The position numbers were made by a program, and so were the translations under genes. From positions 1 to 57,330 of the forward strand of contig JBOFUV010000086.1 of the NCBI GenBank assembly GCA_051652765.1: 57,330 nucleotides of DNA, given 5' to 3'. The notes under the pieces are model-generated. The model was not told where the DNA came from, searched no databases, and saw only the letters and a program-made list of their open reading frames with translations. Shown here piece by piece: positions 30,066-40,945 of the stretch. The stretch is from Microcoleaceae cyanobacterium. Its GTDB lineage: Bacteria > Cyanobacteriota > Cyanobacteriia > Cyanobacteriales > Microcoleaceae. Every line of letters begins with the position of its first letter. The stretch's first letter is position 1.

Positions 30066-30166
30066 GGCGTTGCTGATTCTGAGCATGAATTCAGGAGGAA
30101 CGTTTTGCGAAACGCCTATTTATTAAGCATCCAAAATTGTTGTTCATCCCTTCATTAAGCAACGCC
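30066..30166. mobile_element. MITE family B (101 bp) with 8-bp target site duplication
   Basis: TIRs GGCGTTGCTGAT..ATGAA / TTCAT..ATTAAGCAACGCC; flanked by GTAATTTA at 30058-30065 and 30167-30174. Confidence 0.88.
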
Positions 30167-30171
30167 GTAAT

Positions 30172-31518
30172 TTAAACACTGTCAGTCACACTACTAAAAT
30201 TGAAAGCACTAACCCGCACGCCGGGAGAAACACTACCGCCGTAGCGACCCACTTGACTCAATCCATCCACTGCCCGCAACATCTCTGGTAGGCTCTGGTT
30301 AAATCGTAAATTTTTAATCGGATAGGCAACTTTTCCCTCCTCAATCCAAAAAGTTCCGTCCCGCGTCATCCCTGTCACCTCCAAGGTTCGAGGATTGATG
30401 TACCGGACATACCAGGCGCGATTGACCCAAATTCCCCGTTCTGTTTGGGCAATCAAATCCTGGAGACTTTGATCAGACCCCTGCATCACAAACGGATACG
30501 TCCCGCCCCTGGGCTCAACCCCTCGCTGTTGCGCCCAATAGCGACCGTAGGATAAGGCTTGAGGAACACCTGCTCTAACAATTTCCAAATCATCCTTTCT
30601 CAAACCATCCGCAAAAAATGTCGAACTTTGTAACAAGGGATGGGCTGGCTCACGGCGAATATTCACTAAGGGACTGAACAACAGTTCCCCCACTCGATTC
30701 CCCACAAGTTGACCCTGGTCGTCAATTTTGGACATAAAGGAACGTCCCTCATCCGCTGCCCGTGCATCCAGGCTAAACATTACCCAGCTCAACAGCGAAT
30801 CAAATGCCGCCCCATCAAACACCACTGGGTAAACCCCTGGACTAATCTCTCGGGGATTGCGAGAGGCATAGGCCCGGTCAATGATCATTTCTGTCAACTC
30901 TGAAACCGGAAGCTGTTCCAAGTTCCAAGCTCTGCGTTGTGTCCAGCCCGAACCATTTCCTACCCGTGCTGTAAAACTAAACTCAGCACTGGTCAGTCGA
31001 TTACAGGCTCGTAATCCTGCAGAATTGGCGATCGCAAATAACTCAGCCTCTGTACTCAAGGTTCCCGAACCCTCAACCTCAGCTTGAGTTGCCTGTTCAC
31101 ACACCTGTTGCACTTTTTCTGCCCGCACCAAAGGTGAAACCTGAGCAGTCGCTTGATCAAAGGCTGGAGTGCGATCCTCATAGCGCTGAGGTTCCAACAC
31201 AGGCACCCACTCTGGATCTTCAGGGGCAATGCGAGCAAGCTCTTCTGAACGCCTCAGCGTCATCAGAATCGCCTCAAAATCCAGTTCGGTTGTAGAAGCG
31301 ATGGCACTGCGCTTGCCAAAATAGCTGGCAACAGAGAGATTACAGCTTGTGCTGCTAACATTCTGGCTAATTTGATTCTCAGAATACCGAGTTAAAGCTG
31401 CTTCACTGTTGCTGATAGTCACAACAATGTCCTCTGCCTGGGATTGCTGAACAATTTTTTCAACCAGGAACAAGGCTTCATCTTCAGTCAGGAGGGTAGA
31501 GGCAGGAGCAACAGCCAT
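30172..31518 (-). CDS. TldD/PmbA family protein (PmbA/TldE-like, no HExxH)
   Basis: PGVYPVVF, DARAADEGRS, TGMTRDGTFWIEEG, PIKNLRFN. Confidence 0.9.
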   Translation of the reverse strand: MAVAPASTLLTEDEALFLVEKIVQQSQAEDIVVTISNSEAALTRYSENQISQNVSSTSCNLSVASYFGKRSAIASTTELDFEAILMTLRRSEELARIAPEDPEWVPVLEPQRYEDRTPAFDQATAQVSPLVRAEKVQQVCEQATQAEVEGSGTLSTEAELFAIANSAGLRACNRLTSAEFSFTARVGNGSGWTQRRAWNLEQLPVSELTEMIIDRAYASRNPREISPGVYPVVFDGAAFDSLLSWVMFSLDARAADEGRSFMSKIDDQGQLVGNRVGELLFSPLVNIRREPAHPLLQSSTFFADGLRKDDLEIVRAGVPQALSYGRYWAQQRGVEPRGGTYPFVMQGSDQSLQDLIAQTERGIWVNRAWYVRYINPRTLEVTGMTRDGTFWIEEGKVAYPIKNLRFNQSLPEMLRAVDGLSQVGRYGGSVSPGVRVSAFNFSSVTDSV

Positions 31519-32005
31519 GAAATTTACGATAAATTCTTTTGATTATCATAGACTAGGACTAAGAAACCGTCTCTTCACCTGACTTGCTCTGAACTTTTAA
31601 GGTCAATATGAGCTTGAATCGTTAGAATGAGAAGTGTTGTAACAAAGTACTCTCAGAAACCTTATAAGTTCAGAGGTTTTGCAACCTGAGATCTCTCAGT
31701 AATCGTAAGGCTAGTCAAATATCTGATCAGAAAGCCCACTTTGCTGACAGACAGAGGCATATAGAATTTCACCTATTCAAAGGCTCAGCTCAAAAAACAT
31801 GCGGAAGGGATATGGCTTAACCTTAGGTCAACTCAGACCAACCGCCCTAATTGGTTATGGTTCTCCCTACTATCCCCTAATGTAGAATAGCGGTACAGTT
31901 AAGAGTAACAAGTATACAAAAGTTTACATCTCTCTAACTCAGCATGTTGGTGATGTTAAAGGGACGGCTCAGAGTTCAAGCTAAGTTGATGAGGTAAGAA
32001 GTCCC

Positions 32006-34486
32006 ATGTTTGAATATTTCTCAGATAAAGCGATCAAAGTTGTCATGCTTTCCCAGGAAGAGGCCCGACGTTTGGGTCACAACTTTGTCGGAACAGAACA
32101 AATCTTGCTGGGTTTGATTGGTGAGGGAACTAGTGTTGCAGCCAATCTCCTCTCTGACAAAGGGATTACCTTGGAGGATGCACGCCACGAAGTCGAGTCG
32201 ATTATTGGTCGGGGTTCGGGGTTTATGCCAGTGGAAATTCCCTTTACCCCTAGGGTAAAGCGGGTTTTTGAATCTGCCTTGAAAGAGGCTCGTCAGCTTG
32301 GCACGAATTATATCGGCCCTGAGCATATTCTCTTGGGTCTCCTCCAAGACGAGGAAGGGGTTGCCGCCAAAGTTCTGGATAACTTCGATCTCGATCGCGC
32401 CAAGTTGCGAACAGAGGTAATCAAGTCTCTTGGGGAAGAAACCGCAACCGTTTCAGCCGGAGGTGGTCGTAGCAGCAACAACAAGAAGGCGGCCACCCTG
32501 AATGAATTTGGCACAGACCTAACGAAGCGGGCAGCAGAAGGCGAACTTGACCCCGTTGTGGGTCGAGAAAAAGAAATTGAACGGGTGATTCAAATTTTAG
32601 GTCGTCGAACCAAAAACAATCCTGTACTGGTGGGAGAACCAGGGGTTGGTAAAACCGCGATCGCCGAAGGCTTAGCCCAGCGAATTGTCAAAGGAGATGT
32701 TCCCGATATCCTGGAGGATAAGCAGGTTTTTAGCCTGGATATGGGTTCATTGATTGCGGGAACTCGCTTCCGAGGAGAATTTGAAGAGCGGTTGAAAAAG
32801 ATTATCGAGGAGGTCAAATCTTCTGGCAACATTATTTTGGTGATTGATGAAATTCATACTCTCGTGGGAGCTGGGGCGATTGAAGGCAGTATGGACGCAG
32901 CCAATATGCTCAAACCTGCCTTGGCTAGAGGCGAGCTGCAATGTTTGGGCGCGACAACCCTGGATGAATACCGGAAGCACATCGAACGAGATGCTGCTTT
33001 GGAGCGGCGGTTCCAACCGGTGATGGTGGGTGAACCGAGTGTCGAAGATACCATAGAGATTTTGTTTGGTCTCCGGTCTGCCTATGAAGCCCATCACAAG
33101 CTGACGATTTCGGATCAGGCCCTTTACGCCGCTGCTACCCTGGCAGATCGATACATTTCGGATCGATTCCTGCCGGATAAAGCCATTGATCTGATGGATG
33201 AAGCGGGATCACGGGTGCGAGTGCAAAATTCCAAATCTTCCCCTGAAGTTCGGGAGCTCAAGCGAGAATTGCCCAAAATCATCCAGGACAAAGAGGCTGC
33301 GGTCAAAGCTCAGGACTTTGAAAAGGCTGGGCAGTTACGCGATCGCGAGCTAGAACTCCGAGAGAAAATTGAAACTCAATCTGGAATTCCCAAAGCAGAA
33401 TCGGGGAAACAACTTGTAGTCACGGAAGAAGACATCGCCGATATTCTAGCGGCTTGGACAGGCATTCCCGTGACCAAGCTAACTGAGTCTGAATCTCTCA
33501 AACTGATGAAGATGGAAGAAACCCTGCACCAACGCTTGATTGGTCAGGAGGAAGCTGTAACAGCCGTTTCCCGCGCAATTCGACGGGCTAGAGTGGGTTT
33601 GCAAAATCCCAATCGACCGATCGCCAGCTTTATTTTCTCCGGGCCAACAGGGGTCGGGAAAACGGAGTTGACCAAGGCTCTGGCGGCTTACTTCTTCGGG
33701 TCTGAGGATGCCATGATCCGGCTAGATATGTCCGAGTTTATGGAGCGCCACACAGTTTCTAAACTCATCGGTTCTCCCCCTGGATATGTTGGCTACGATG
33801 AGGGCGGACAGTTAACAGAAGCCGTCCGTCGTCGGCCTTACACCGTGGTTCTGTTTGATGAAATTGAGAAAGCCCATCCTGATGTTTTCAACACGCTGTT
33901 GCAAATTTTGGAAGATGGTCGCCTGACGGATGCCAAGGGGCGGACGGTTAGCTTCAAAAACACGCTGCTGATCATGACCTCCAACATCGGTTCCAAGGTG
34001 ATTGAAAAAGGTGGCGGTGGTATTGGTTTTGAAATGGCAGACCCTGGCTCAAACACTGAATACAATCGGATTCGCAACCTGGTTAACGAAGAGTTGAAGA
34101 ACTTCTTCCGTCCTGAATTCCTCAACCGAGTGGATGAGATTATCGTATTCAAGCGGTTACAACGAGAGGAAATCAAGGAAATTGCCGAGATTATGCTGCG
34201 GGAAGTCCTCAAGCGCTTGGCTGAGAAGAACATTACCTTGACTGTGAGCGATCGCTTCAAGGAGCATCTCACTGAGGTGGGCTATGATCCGAACTATGGG
34301 GCCAGACCGATGCGTCGGGCAATCATGAACCTTTTGGAGGATGCCTTGGCAGAAGCCATGTTGTCCAGCCAGCTCAAGGAAGGTGAACATGCCCTAGTGG
34401 ATCTAGATGAAGATAATCAGGTGAAGATCTCATCCTGGACGAGCCCATCTGAATCTTCCGCCGAATATGCGGTTACCAACTGTTAA
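32006..34486 (+). CDS. clpC: ATP-dependent Clp protease ATP-binding subunit (ClpC family)
   Basis: Clp-N repeats, [11 protein letters not shown] coiled coil, [11 protein letters not shown] loop (GGGGIGFE). Confidence 0.93.
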   Translation: MFEYFSDKAIKVVMLSQEEARRLGHNFVGTEQILLGLIGEGTSVAANLLSDKGITLEDARHEVESIIGRGSGFMPVEIPFTPRVKRVFESALKEARQLGTNYIGPEHILLGLLQDEEGVAAKVLDNFDLDRAKLRTEVIKSLGEETATVSAGGGRSSNNKKAATLNEFGTDLTKRAAEGELDPVVGREKEIERVIQILGRRTKNNPVLVGEPGVGKTAIAEGLAQRIVKGDVPDILEDKQVFSLDMGSLIAGTRFRGEFEERLKKIIEEVKSSGNIILVIDEIHTLVGAGAIEGSMDAANMLKPALARGELQCLGATTLDEYRKHIERDAALERRFQPVMVGEPSVEDTIEILFGLRSAYEAHHKLTISDQALYAAATLADRYISDRFLPDKAIDLMDEAGSRVRVQNSKSSPEVRELKRELPKIIQDKEAAVKAQDFEKAGQLRDRELELREKIETQSGIPKAESGKQLVVTEEDIADILAAWTGIPVTKLTESESLKLMKMEETLHQRLIGQEEAVTAVSRAIRRARVGLQNPNRPIASFIFSGPTGVGKTELTKALAAYFFGSEDAMIRLDMSEFMERHTVSKLIGSPPGYVGYDEGGQLTEAVRRRPYTVVLFDEIEKAHPDVFNTLLQILEDGRLTDAKGRTVSFKNTLLIMTSNIGSKVIEKGGGGIGFEMADPGSNTEYNRIRNLVNEELKNFFRPEFLNRVDEIIVFKRLQREEIKEIAEIMLREVLKRLAEKNITLTVSDRFKEHLTEVGYDPNYGARPMRRAIMNLLEDALAEAMLSSQLKEGEHALVDLDEDNQVKISSWTSPSESSAEYAVTNC

Positions 34487-34736
34487 ACTCGACTCTTCAA
34501 GGCGCTTGTTCAAGGCATTTTGTACTGTAACCCTGTACTGTAACCCCTTGCTTTGTGACGCAGAGCAAGGGATTTTCAGGGCTATAGCTTCCATGAAGTT
34601 GAGTTTTAGCCACAATACTGGAGCGCATCACTCCAAAGATTTCAGTAGAATGCTTTGTTGAAGACCACTCGTCAAAACTGATCTCGGGGATGAAGGCTCA
34701 GCATGTCTCCGGGCAGAAAAACAAATTACAGGTTTC

Positions 34737-35609
34737 ATGGTTCAGCAGCCCAGACCAAGAGAGATTAATAGTGTTGATCGAAGTGTTGACCGAAGTGTTG
34801 ATCGCAGTACTGACCCAAGTGCCAACCTATTTTCTGTCGCAGCATCTGGGTCAGATCCAAAGCTTTGGTTGGGACTCATGATCGGCAACTCTCACTTTCA
34901 TTGGGCTAGGTTTTCCGGAAAAGACCTATTAGCAACCTGGGATACCACTCACTGGAGTCTGGAAAAAATTCAAAGCTTTAAAGGTGACATTGGCAGCTTC
35001 AATGAGTTGAATGGGCTGCCCATGACGTTGGCTTCTGTTGTACCAGAACAAACAAAATTTTGGCAGGACTATTTCAACCTTCGCGTGATTACCTTAGGGC
35101 AGGTTCCCCTGAAAAATAGTTATTCAACCCTGGGCATTGATCGGGCTTTGGCGGTCTTGGGTGCTGGGGAACATTTGGGTTGGCCCCTATTGGTCATTGA
35201 TGCCGGAACTGCGTTAACGTTTACGGGAGTTGATTCAACTCAAACCTTGGTTGGAGGAGCGATTTTACCGGGATTAGGACTGCAACTCTCTTGCCTCTCT
35301 CAAAACACTGCGGCCTTACCAAAAGTGACTTTGCCTAGCCAACTTCCCCAACGTTGGGCATTAGAAACCTCGCCCGCAATTCAGAGTGGAGTGATCTATA
35401 CCATCCTGGCAGGAATTCAGGACTTTGTCGCTACTTGGTCAGTACAATTCCCAGACAGTAAAATTGCCCTAACTGGAGGCGATGCTGGAGTGTTACTTGC
35501 CTATTTAACGGCACAGTTTCCAGAATTAACGCCGTCAATTTATACAACGCCTGATGCCATTTTTTGGGGTATGGCAATGGTTAATTCGCAGTTGGTGAAT
35601 GGATGTTAG
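34737..35609 (+). CDS. coaX: type III pantothenate kinase
   Basis: IGNS, LASVV, LGIDR, VIDAGTALT, GGAILPG, TGGD. Confidence 0.93.
   Translation: MVQQPRPREINSVDRSVDRSVDRSTDPSANLFSVAASGSDPKLWLGLMIGNSHFHWARFSGKDLLATWDTTHWSLEKIQSFKGDIGSFNELNGLPMTLASVVPEQTKFWQDYFNLRVITLGQVPLKNSYSTLGIDRALAVLGAGEHLGWPLLVIDAGTALTFTGVDSTQTLVGGAILPGLGLQLSCLSQNTAALPKVTLPSQLPQRWALETSPAIQSGVIYTILAGIQDFVATWSVQFPDSKIALTGGDAGVLLAYLTAQFPELTPSIYTTPDAIFWGMAMVNSQLVNGC
34769..34815 (+). repeat. 12-bp in-frame tandem repeat (SVDR x3) in the coaX N-terminus
   Basis: AGTGTTGA(T/C)CG(A/C) units. Confidence 0.8.
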
Positions 35610-35713
35610 CGGTTAATTCATAGTTGGTTCACAGTTCATACTTTTGCTGAGATAGCCCCTCGTGAAGTACTCTAGGAACAACACAATAGTTTTTATGCCT
35701 TACAGGAAGAACG

Positions 35714-37519
35714 ATGCGACTGTCTCAAATGTTGTTTGTCACCCTGCGGGAAGATCCGGCTGAAGCGGAAATTCCTAGCCATAAGTTGCTGATTCGAGCG
35801 GGCTACATTCGTCGCATCGGCAGTGGAATTTATGCCTATCTTCCGTTCATGTGGCGCGTGTTACAAAAAGTGTCTCAAATCGTCCGAGAGGAGATGAACG
35901 CGACAGGAGCCCAGGAATGTCTGCTGCCCCAAATTCAACCGGCTGAACTGTGGCAGGAATCGGGACGATGGGACACCTACACCAAGGCTGAAGGTATTAT
36001 GTTTTCCCTCACCGATCGGCGCAACCGGGAACTAGCCCTTGGCCCCACCCATGAAGAAGTGATCACAACAGTTGCCAAAGAGATGATTCGGTCGTATCAG
36101 CAGTTGCCCGTACATCTCTATCAAATTCAAACCAAGTTTCGGGATGAGATTCGGCCTCGGTTTGGACTGATGCGGGGCAGAGAATTCATCATGAAAGATG
36201 GCTACTCGTTCCATGCAGACGAAGAGAGCTTGAAAGCAACTTACCACGCGATGGATCAAGCCTATCGGAATATGTTGCATCGCTGTGGCTTGGTGTTTCG
36301 GGCGGTAGAGGCAGATTCTGGAGCGATTGGGGGCTCCGGTTCCCAAGAGTTCATGGTGTTGGCGGAGGCTGGAGAAGATGAAGTCCTGTACACGGAGGAT
36401 GGCAAATACGCTGCAAACCTGGAAAAGGCGGTTTCCTTGCCTATGGATGCCGAACTTTCAACGTTTGCAACCCATGAGCAGCTAGACACCCCAAACACCC
36501 CGACGATTGACAGTCTGTGTCAGTTTCTCAAGTGCTCCCCCACTCAAATTGTCAAAAATGTCTTGTATCAAGTCGCGTATGACAACGAGACAACAGTGCT
36601 CGTACTGATCAGTATTCGCGGGGATCAGGATGTCAATGAAGTCAAGCTCCAGAATGAGTTAAGCAAGCTAGCCAAACGGTTCGGCGGCAGGGCAGTTTTG
36701 TCGTTGACGGTTCCGGACGTAGAGGCTCAACAAAAGTGGGCGACCAAGCCTCTACCCCTGGGTTACATTGCCCCTGACTTGGCAGACAGTTATATTGCGG
36801 ACACAAAAGGAATTCAGCCTAAATTTCTCCGGATGCTGGATCAAACTGTTGTGGACTTGAAAAACTTTGTTACAGGCTCTAATCAGTCTGGTTATCATGT
36901 TGTTGGAGCCAATTGGGGGAAGGAGTTCCCCTTGCCTGACTTAATCGTTGATGTCCGCAAGGCAAGGGCAGGCGATCGCGCCGTTCACGATCCTAGCCAA
37001 ACCCTACAAACAGCCAGAGGCATTGAAGTGGGGCACATTTTTCAGTTGGGAACTAAATATTCCCAGGCTATGGGCGCAACCTTTACCAACGAAAATGGCG
37101 AAGAACTGCCCCTTGTCATGGGTTGCTACGGAATAGGGGTTTCCCGATTAGCCCAAGCTGCCGTAGAGCAGTCCTACGATAAAAATGGGATAATTTGGCC
37201 TGTGGCGATCGCGCCTTATCATGTCATCGTTACGGTTCCCAATGTGGGAGATGGGGAGCAGATGGAGATTGCTGAAAAGCTTTATCTCGAATTAAACCAA
37301 GCCGGAATTGAAACAGTACTGGATGATCGCGATGAACGAGCTGGGGTCAAGTTCAAGGACGCAGATTTGATTGGGATTCCATTTCGAGTGGTTACAGGAC
37401 GGGCAATCAAGTCTGGCAAAGTTGAATTTGTCGAACGGGCAACAGGTCAGGCAGAGGAAATTGAGATTGAGCAGGTTGTTTCTACACTCCAACAGAGAAT
37501 TACTCCAACAGAGAATTGA
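35714..37519 (+). CDS. proS: proline--tRNA ligase
   Basis: [50 protein letters not shown] editing domain. Confidence 0.99.
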   Translation: MRLSQMLFVTLREDPAEAEIPSHKLLIRAGYIRRIGSGIYAYLPFMWRVLQKVSQIVREEMNATGAQECLLPQIQPAELWQESGRWDTYTKAEGIMFSLTDRRNRELALGPTHEEVITTVAKEMIRSYQQLPVHLYQIQTKFRDEIRPRFGLMRGREFIMKDGYSFHADEESLKATYHAMDQAYRNMLHRCGLVFRAVEADSGAIGGSGSQEFMVLAEAGEDEVLYTEDGKYAANLEKAVSLPMDAELSTFATHEQLDTPNTPTIDSLCQFLKCSPTQIVKNVLYQVAYDNETTVLVLISIRGDQDVNEVKLQNELSKLAKRFGGRAVLSLTVPDVEAQQKWATKPLPLGYIAPDLADSYIADTKGIQPKFLRMLDQTVVDLKNFVTGSNQSGYHVVGANWGKEFPLPDLIVDVRKARAGDRAVHDPSQTLQTARGIEVGHIFQLGTKYSQAMGATFTNENGEELPLVMGCYGIGVSRLAQAAVEQSYDKNGIIWPVAIAPYHVIVTVPNVGDGEQMEIAEKLYLELNQAGIETVLDDRDERAGVKFKDADLIGIPFRVVTGRAIKSGKVEFVERATGQAEEIEIEQVVSTLQQRITPTEN

Positions 37520-37620
37520 GCGGGATATGCAAAAAGGTTCGGGGAACAGCGCTAAGCTGCTAAAGATAATCTCCAAGCTGATCAGAGCTGATCAAACACC
37601 CTCAACTTAAATTTCAGGCT

Positions 37621-37846
37621 GGGGTATCTAAGAATCGACTGGTTAAGGCAGCAGTAATAGTTCTAGTGGCTTAACACTTTGAGGAGTTCTAAAGACGGCT
37701 TGCTTAGGATTCTTCTAGGAGCGCAAAGACGATTTGCGTCGGTACTATCCAAGCAACTGCTAGCTCAGGTACGAGGGGCCATTTGATGCGAGCTGGGCGG
37801 AGTGTGAGAATCCATTCAGGGGTAAGAGTCACCCCTTTATTTTTTT
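37621..37846 (+). ncRNA. candidate structured ncRNA or cis-regulatory leader of unknown class
   Basis: three consecutive stems with internal loops followed by terminator AGGGGT-AAGAGTC-ACCCCT-TTATTTTTTT; no ORF of 60 aa or more. Confidence 0.5.
37818..37846 (+). terminator. intrinsic terminator 60 bp upstream of the ABC transporter
   Basis: AGGGGT/ACCCCT stem plus U-tract. Confidence 0.7.
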
Positions 37847-37905
37847 CTGAGTCTTGTATTATAATTGTAGTCTAATTGTCGCATGGCTTATTGCCCTCTA
37901 AACCT

Positions 37906-39732
37906 ATGGCTACCATACGGGATATCTGCAACTACTATCGGCAATATTGGCCGCTTTCGCTGCTCAGTATCGGTGCATCAAGTCTATTTGAAGTTCTAGA
38001 CTTAGCGGTTCCCTACGCGATTGGCCAGATGCTGAACATCCTCTCTGGTTCTCCCCCAGACCAATTGACTCAGGGCTTGATAGGGGCGATCGCCGCCCTG
38101 ACCCATGTTCCAGTTAATTCTCAATTTTCTTTGCTGATCCTGTTGGGGATGATCTTTTTAGTCACGGTGGCCAAAGCTCCCGTCCAACCCTGGTTAGGGG
38201 ACTGGTTTCATTGGCTGATTCCCCTGTCGGCTCGCCGAGACTACCATCGCTTGGCCATTCAAAAAGTTCTAACCTTACCCCTGGAATTTTACGATGAGAA
38301 CAATCCTGGACGGATTGCGGGACGGATTGCGCGAGGAGTCGCCAACCATACCTGGACTTACCCGGAAGTTGCTGGACAACTCATTCCCAAAATCATCCGG
38401 TTGCTCGGAATTTTTATCGTGCTCTGGATCATTCAGTGGCGGATTGCCCTGTTGTTTATCTGTTCGTTTATTGTGATTCTCTGCTTGACCCTGCCGACGC
38501 TGAAGAAATTAACAGATTTAGAAGAAATTCTCGATCGGCACCAGGAAAATACTGAGAGTCGCAACTCGGAAATTATCACCAATATCAAAACGGTCAAAGC
38601 TTTTGCCACAGAAGCTCAAGAGCTAAAGCGTCAAAGCACTCGACTGAACCGGGAACTAATGCTGGTGATTCATCGGATTCACAAAGGGTATGTCAAATTG
38701 ATTACCTATCGAACAACGGTGGTTCAACTCTGTTTGTTCTTGGTGCTTGGATTCTCGATGGCGGCGGCAGCCGGAGGTCGGATTTCTTTGGGTTACTTTG
38801 TTACAGTCTATACCTTGGCAAGTATGGCTTATTCAGAGCTAACACCGATTAGTAACCTGGCAGAAGTATTTGCCCGTCGGTATGCGTCGATGATTCGGTT
38901 TCATGAGTTTATGCAATTGCCTGAAAGCGAAGAGGCGGTGAACTTGGGCCAAGCAGGGATAGAGCGCCCTCAGACCCCGCTGTACCAGTTTACAGGGAAG
39001 GTTGAATTCTCTCACCTAACCTTTGGGTATAACCCTGAAAAACCTGTGTTGCAGGACATTGACCTGCTGATTGAACCCTATCAAACCGTGGCCTTGGTGG
39101 GTCGTTCCGGTTCCGGGAAATCGACCTTGGTAAAGCTATTGTTCCGTTACTTTGAACCCCATCAGGGACGGATTCTAATGGATGGAGATGATATTCGCAG
39201 CTTGGATATTACCGGCTACCGTCAACGGCTGGCCATTGTGCATCAGGATGTGGATGTATTCAATGGCACCTTGTTGGATAACCTCACCTACGGTAACCCT
39301 GGGGCAACTTTTTCTGAGGTGGAAGAAGCCTGCCGGATTGCACGGGTGGATGAGTTTATTCATTTGCTGCCTCGGGGATACGCTACAATTGTCGGGGAGC
39401 GCGGGGTGCGTCTCTCGGGCGGTCAGAAACAACGCCTAGGAATTGCCAGAGCGTTACTCGTGCATCCCGATGTGCTGGTGTTTGATGAAGCGACCTCAAG
39501 TCTAGACTACGAATCAGAACGGTCGATTCAGTTGGCCATGCAGAATATTTTAGGAACCCGAACAACGATTATCATTGCCCACCGTCTGAGTACCATTCGG
39601 GAAGCTGATAAAATTGTGGTGTTGGATCAGGGCAAGATTGTGGAAGTCGGCAGCCATGAAGAATTGTTGAATCAACAGGGCATTTATCAACGGTTACACG
39701 CTTTGCAGGAAACTGGAGAGTTAGTGAGTTGA
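37906..39732 (+). CDS. ABC exporter, fused permease/ATPase (MdlB/MsbA-like)
   Basis: ABC membrane domain, GRSGSGKST, LSGGQKQR, FDEATSSLD, IAHRLST; ATG 37906 (track starts at TTG 37876). Confidence 0.95.
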   Translation: MATIRDICNYYRQYWPLSLLSIGASSLFEVLDLAVPYAIGQMLNILSGSPPDQLTQGLIGAIAALTHVPVNSQFSLLILLGMIFLVTVAKAPVQPWLGDWFHWLIPLSARRDYHRLAIQKVLTLPLEFYDENNPGRIAGRIARGVANHTWTYPEVAGQLIPKIIRLLGIFIVLWIIQWRIALLFICSFIVILCLTLPTLKKLTDLEEILDRHQENTESRNSEIITNIKTVKAFATEAQELKRQSTRLNRELMLVIHRIHKGYVKLITYRTTVVQLCLFLVLGFSMAAAAGGRISLGYFVTVYTLASMAYSELTPISNLAEVFARRYASMIRFHEFMQLPESEEAVNLGQAGIERPQTPLYQFTGKVEFSHLTFGYNPEKPVLQDIDLLIEPYQTVALVGRSGSGKSTLVKLLFRYFEPHQGRILMDGDDIRSLDITGYRQRLAIVHQDVDVFNGTLLDNLTYGNPGATFSEVEEACRIARVDEFIHLLPRGYATIVGERGVRLSGGQKQRLGIARALLVHPDVLVFDEATSSLDYESERSIQLAMQNILGTRTTIIIAHRLSTIREADKIVVLDQGKIVEVGSHEELLNQQGIYQRLHALQETGELVS

Positions 39733-39763
39733 ATCTATATCCATTTAGGCAAATCGAAACTGG

Positions 39764-39790
39764 CATCCTCCCCTTGCCAAGGGGAGGATG
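39764..39790. repeat. 13-bp perfect hairpin (terminator or dispersed palindromic repeat)
   Basis: CATCCTCCCCTTG-C-CAAGGGGAGGATG just after the ABC stop. Confidence 0.65.
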
Positions 39791-39983
39791 AAAGGGACTG
39801 TTCACAATAGAGCCACTTCTAAACCTAGATTTAAGATTGGTTATGGGTTAGATACCCGACCTGACTTGGACAATCAGGACTGCCATCCTACAGGGTTCAT
39901 TCCCAGATAAGACTTAAACTAACGATTGAGATAGGCTGTATAACTGTCACGATTAACCACCACGATTTCTCGGAGTCATCTAG

Positions 39984-40850
39984 ATGAAATGGAGCAATCA
40001 CCTAATCCAACAATGTCAACTTGTCCTTGTGTTCTCTCTGGCCTTTAACACTGGCATCATTCCAGCGTTTAGCCTGCCGCTACTCGGCCAAAGTAATAAT
40101 CCAGTCAGACCTGGAATACTCGTCACTGAACTGATCCCTCCTGGGCCTAATCCGGTAGATCCGACGAAGGTCATGCAGTTTACAGAACCCGATATGACGG
40201 GCCGAGGAAGACCCGGTAACCGCAAAGGAGGAGGTAGCCGTGGCCCCTGTGCGGTTGATCCAAGGGGACTCATTGCCCTAGTGCCAAACGATGGTCGCGG
40301 ACTCACCGTTAGTGGCCATCCAACATTTTGGTTTCGAGTTCCGTTTAGATCAGAAAATTATCACTCAATAGAATTTCAACTGAATGAGATTTCTAACTCC
40401 AGCCAAAAACCTAGTTTGATCTATGAAACAACTCAACTGGCAACCCAAATCCAGCCCGGAATTCTCCGTATCATCCTGCCCAAAACCGTGAGAGAACTGG
40501 AGATTGAACCCAAGTATTACGAGTGGTCACTCACCCTTCACTGTACTGATCCCGCTCAAGTTCAGAATGATGATCCTTCAATGGTGCAAATTTATGGTGC
40601 GATTGTTCGGGTTCCGCCCGATCCAACACTAGCCCAAGAAGTTCAACAGGCAACAACTGAGCGCGATCGCGCCGCCATTTATGCCAACCATAGCCTTTGG
40701 TTTGACAGCTTAACCCTATTGGGCAACCTCAATCTGACAACTCCAGGAGCAGCAACCCTCGACTGGCAGCAACTCTTAACCCAAGTAGGACTTGCAGAGA
40801 TCGGCACTGAACCGATTACAGACTGTTGCTCAGGCCCAAGCCAACTGTGA
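39984..40850 (+). CDS. DUF928 domain-containing protein
   Basis: GRPGNRKGGGSRG.C, LIALVP, T.S.HPTFWF, YEWSL, YANHSLWFDSL, WQQLL.QVGL. Confidence 0.92.
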   Translation: MKWSNHLIQQCQLVLVFSLAFNTGIIPAFSLPLLGQSNNPVRPGILVTELIPPGPNPVDPTKVMQFTEPDMTGRGRPGNRKGGGSRGPCAVDPRGLIALVPNDGRGLTVSGHPTFWFRVPFRSENYHSIEFQLNEISNSSQKPSLIYETTQLATQIQPGILRIILPKTVRELEIEPKYYEWSLTLHCTDPAQVQNDDPSMVQIYGAIVRVPPDPTLAQEVQQATTERDRAAIYANHSLWFDSLTLLGNLNLTTPGAATLDWQQLLTQVGLAEIGTEPITDCCSGPSQL

Positions 40851-40945
40851 TCTGAGCAATTCCTAAAACTCATGCATGATGGAAATGCTAGACAATAGAC
40901 TAGACAATAGAATTGACTTGTTTGTGGATTGGGAGCTTGAAAATT

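Noticed and set aside
32021..34390. multiple antisense ORFs within clpC (likewise within aspS, proS, chlB, purH)
   Set aside because: Overlap well-supported genes; explained by codon bias
37621..37645. tmRNA-like 5' end (GGGGTATCTAAGAATCGAC)
   Set aside because: No matching T-arm/acceptor 3' end (GGTTCGA..CCACCA) and no tag-peptide frame
37704..37832. 42-codon minus-strand ORF (VTLTPEWILTL...)
   Set aside because: GTG start inside the terminator stem, poorly spaced RBS, no recognisable homology
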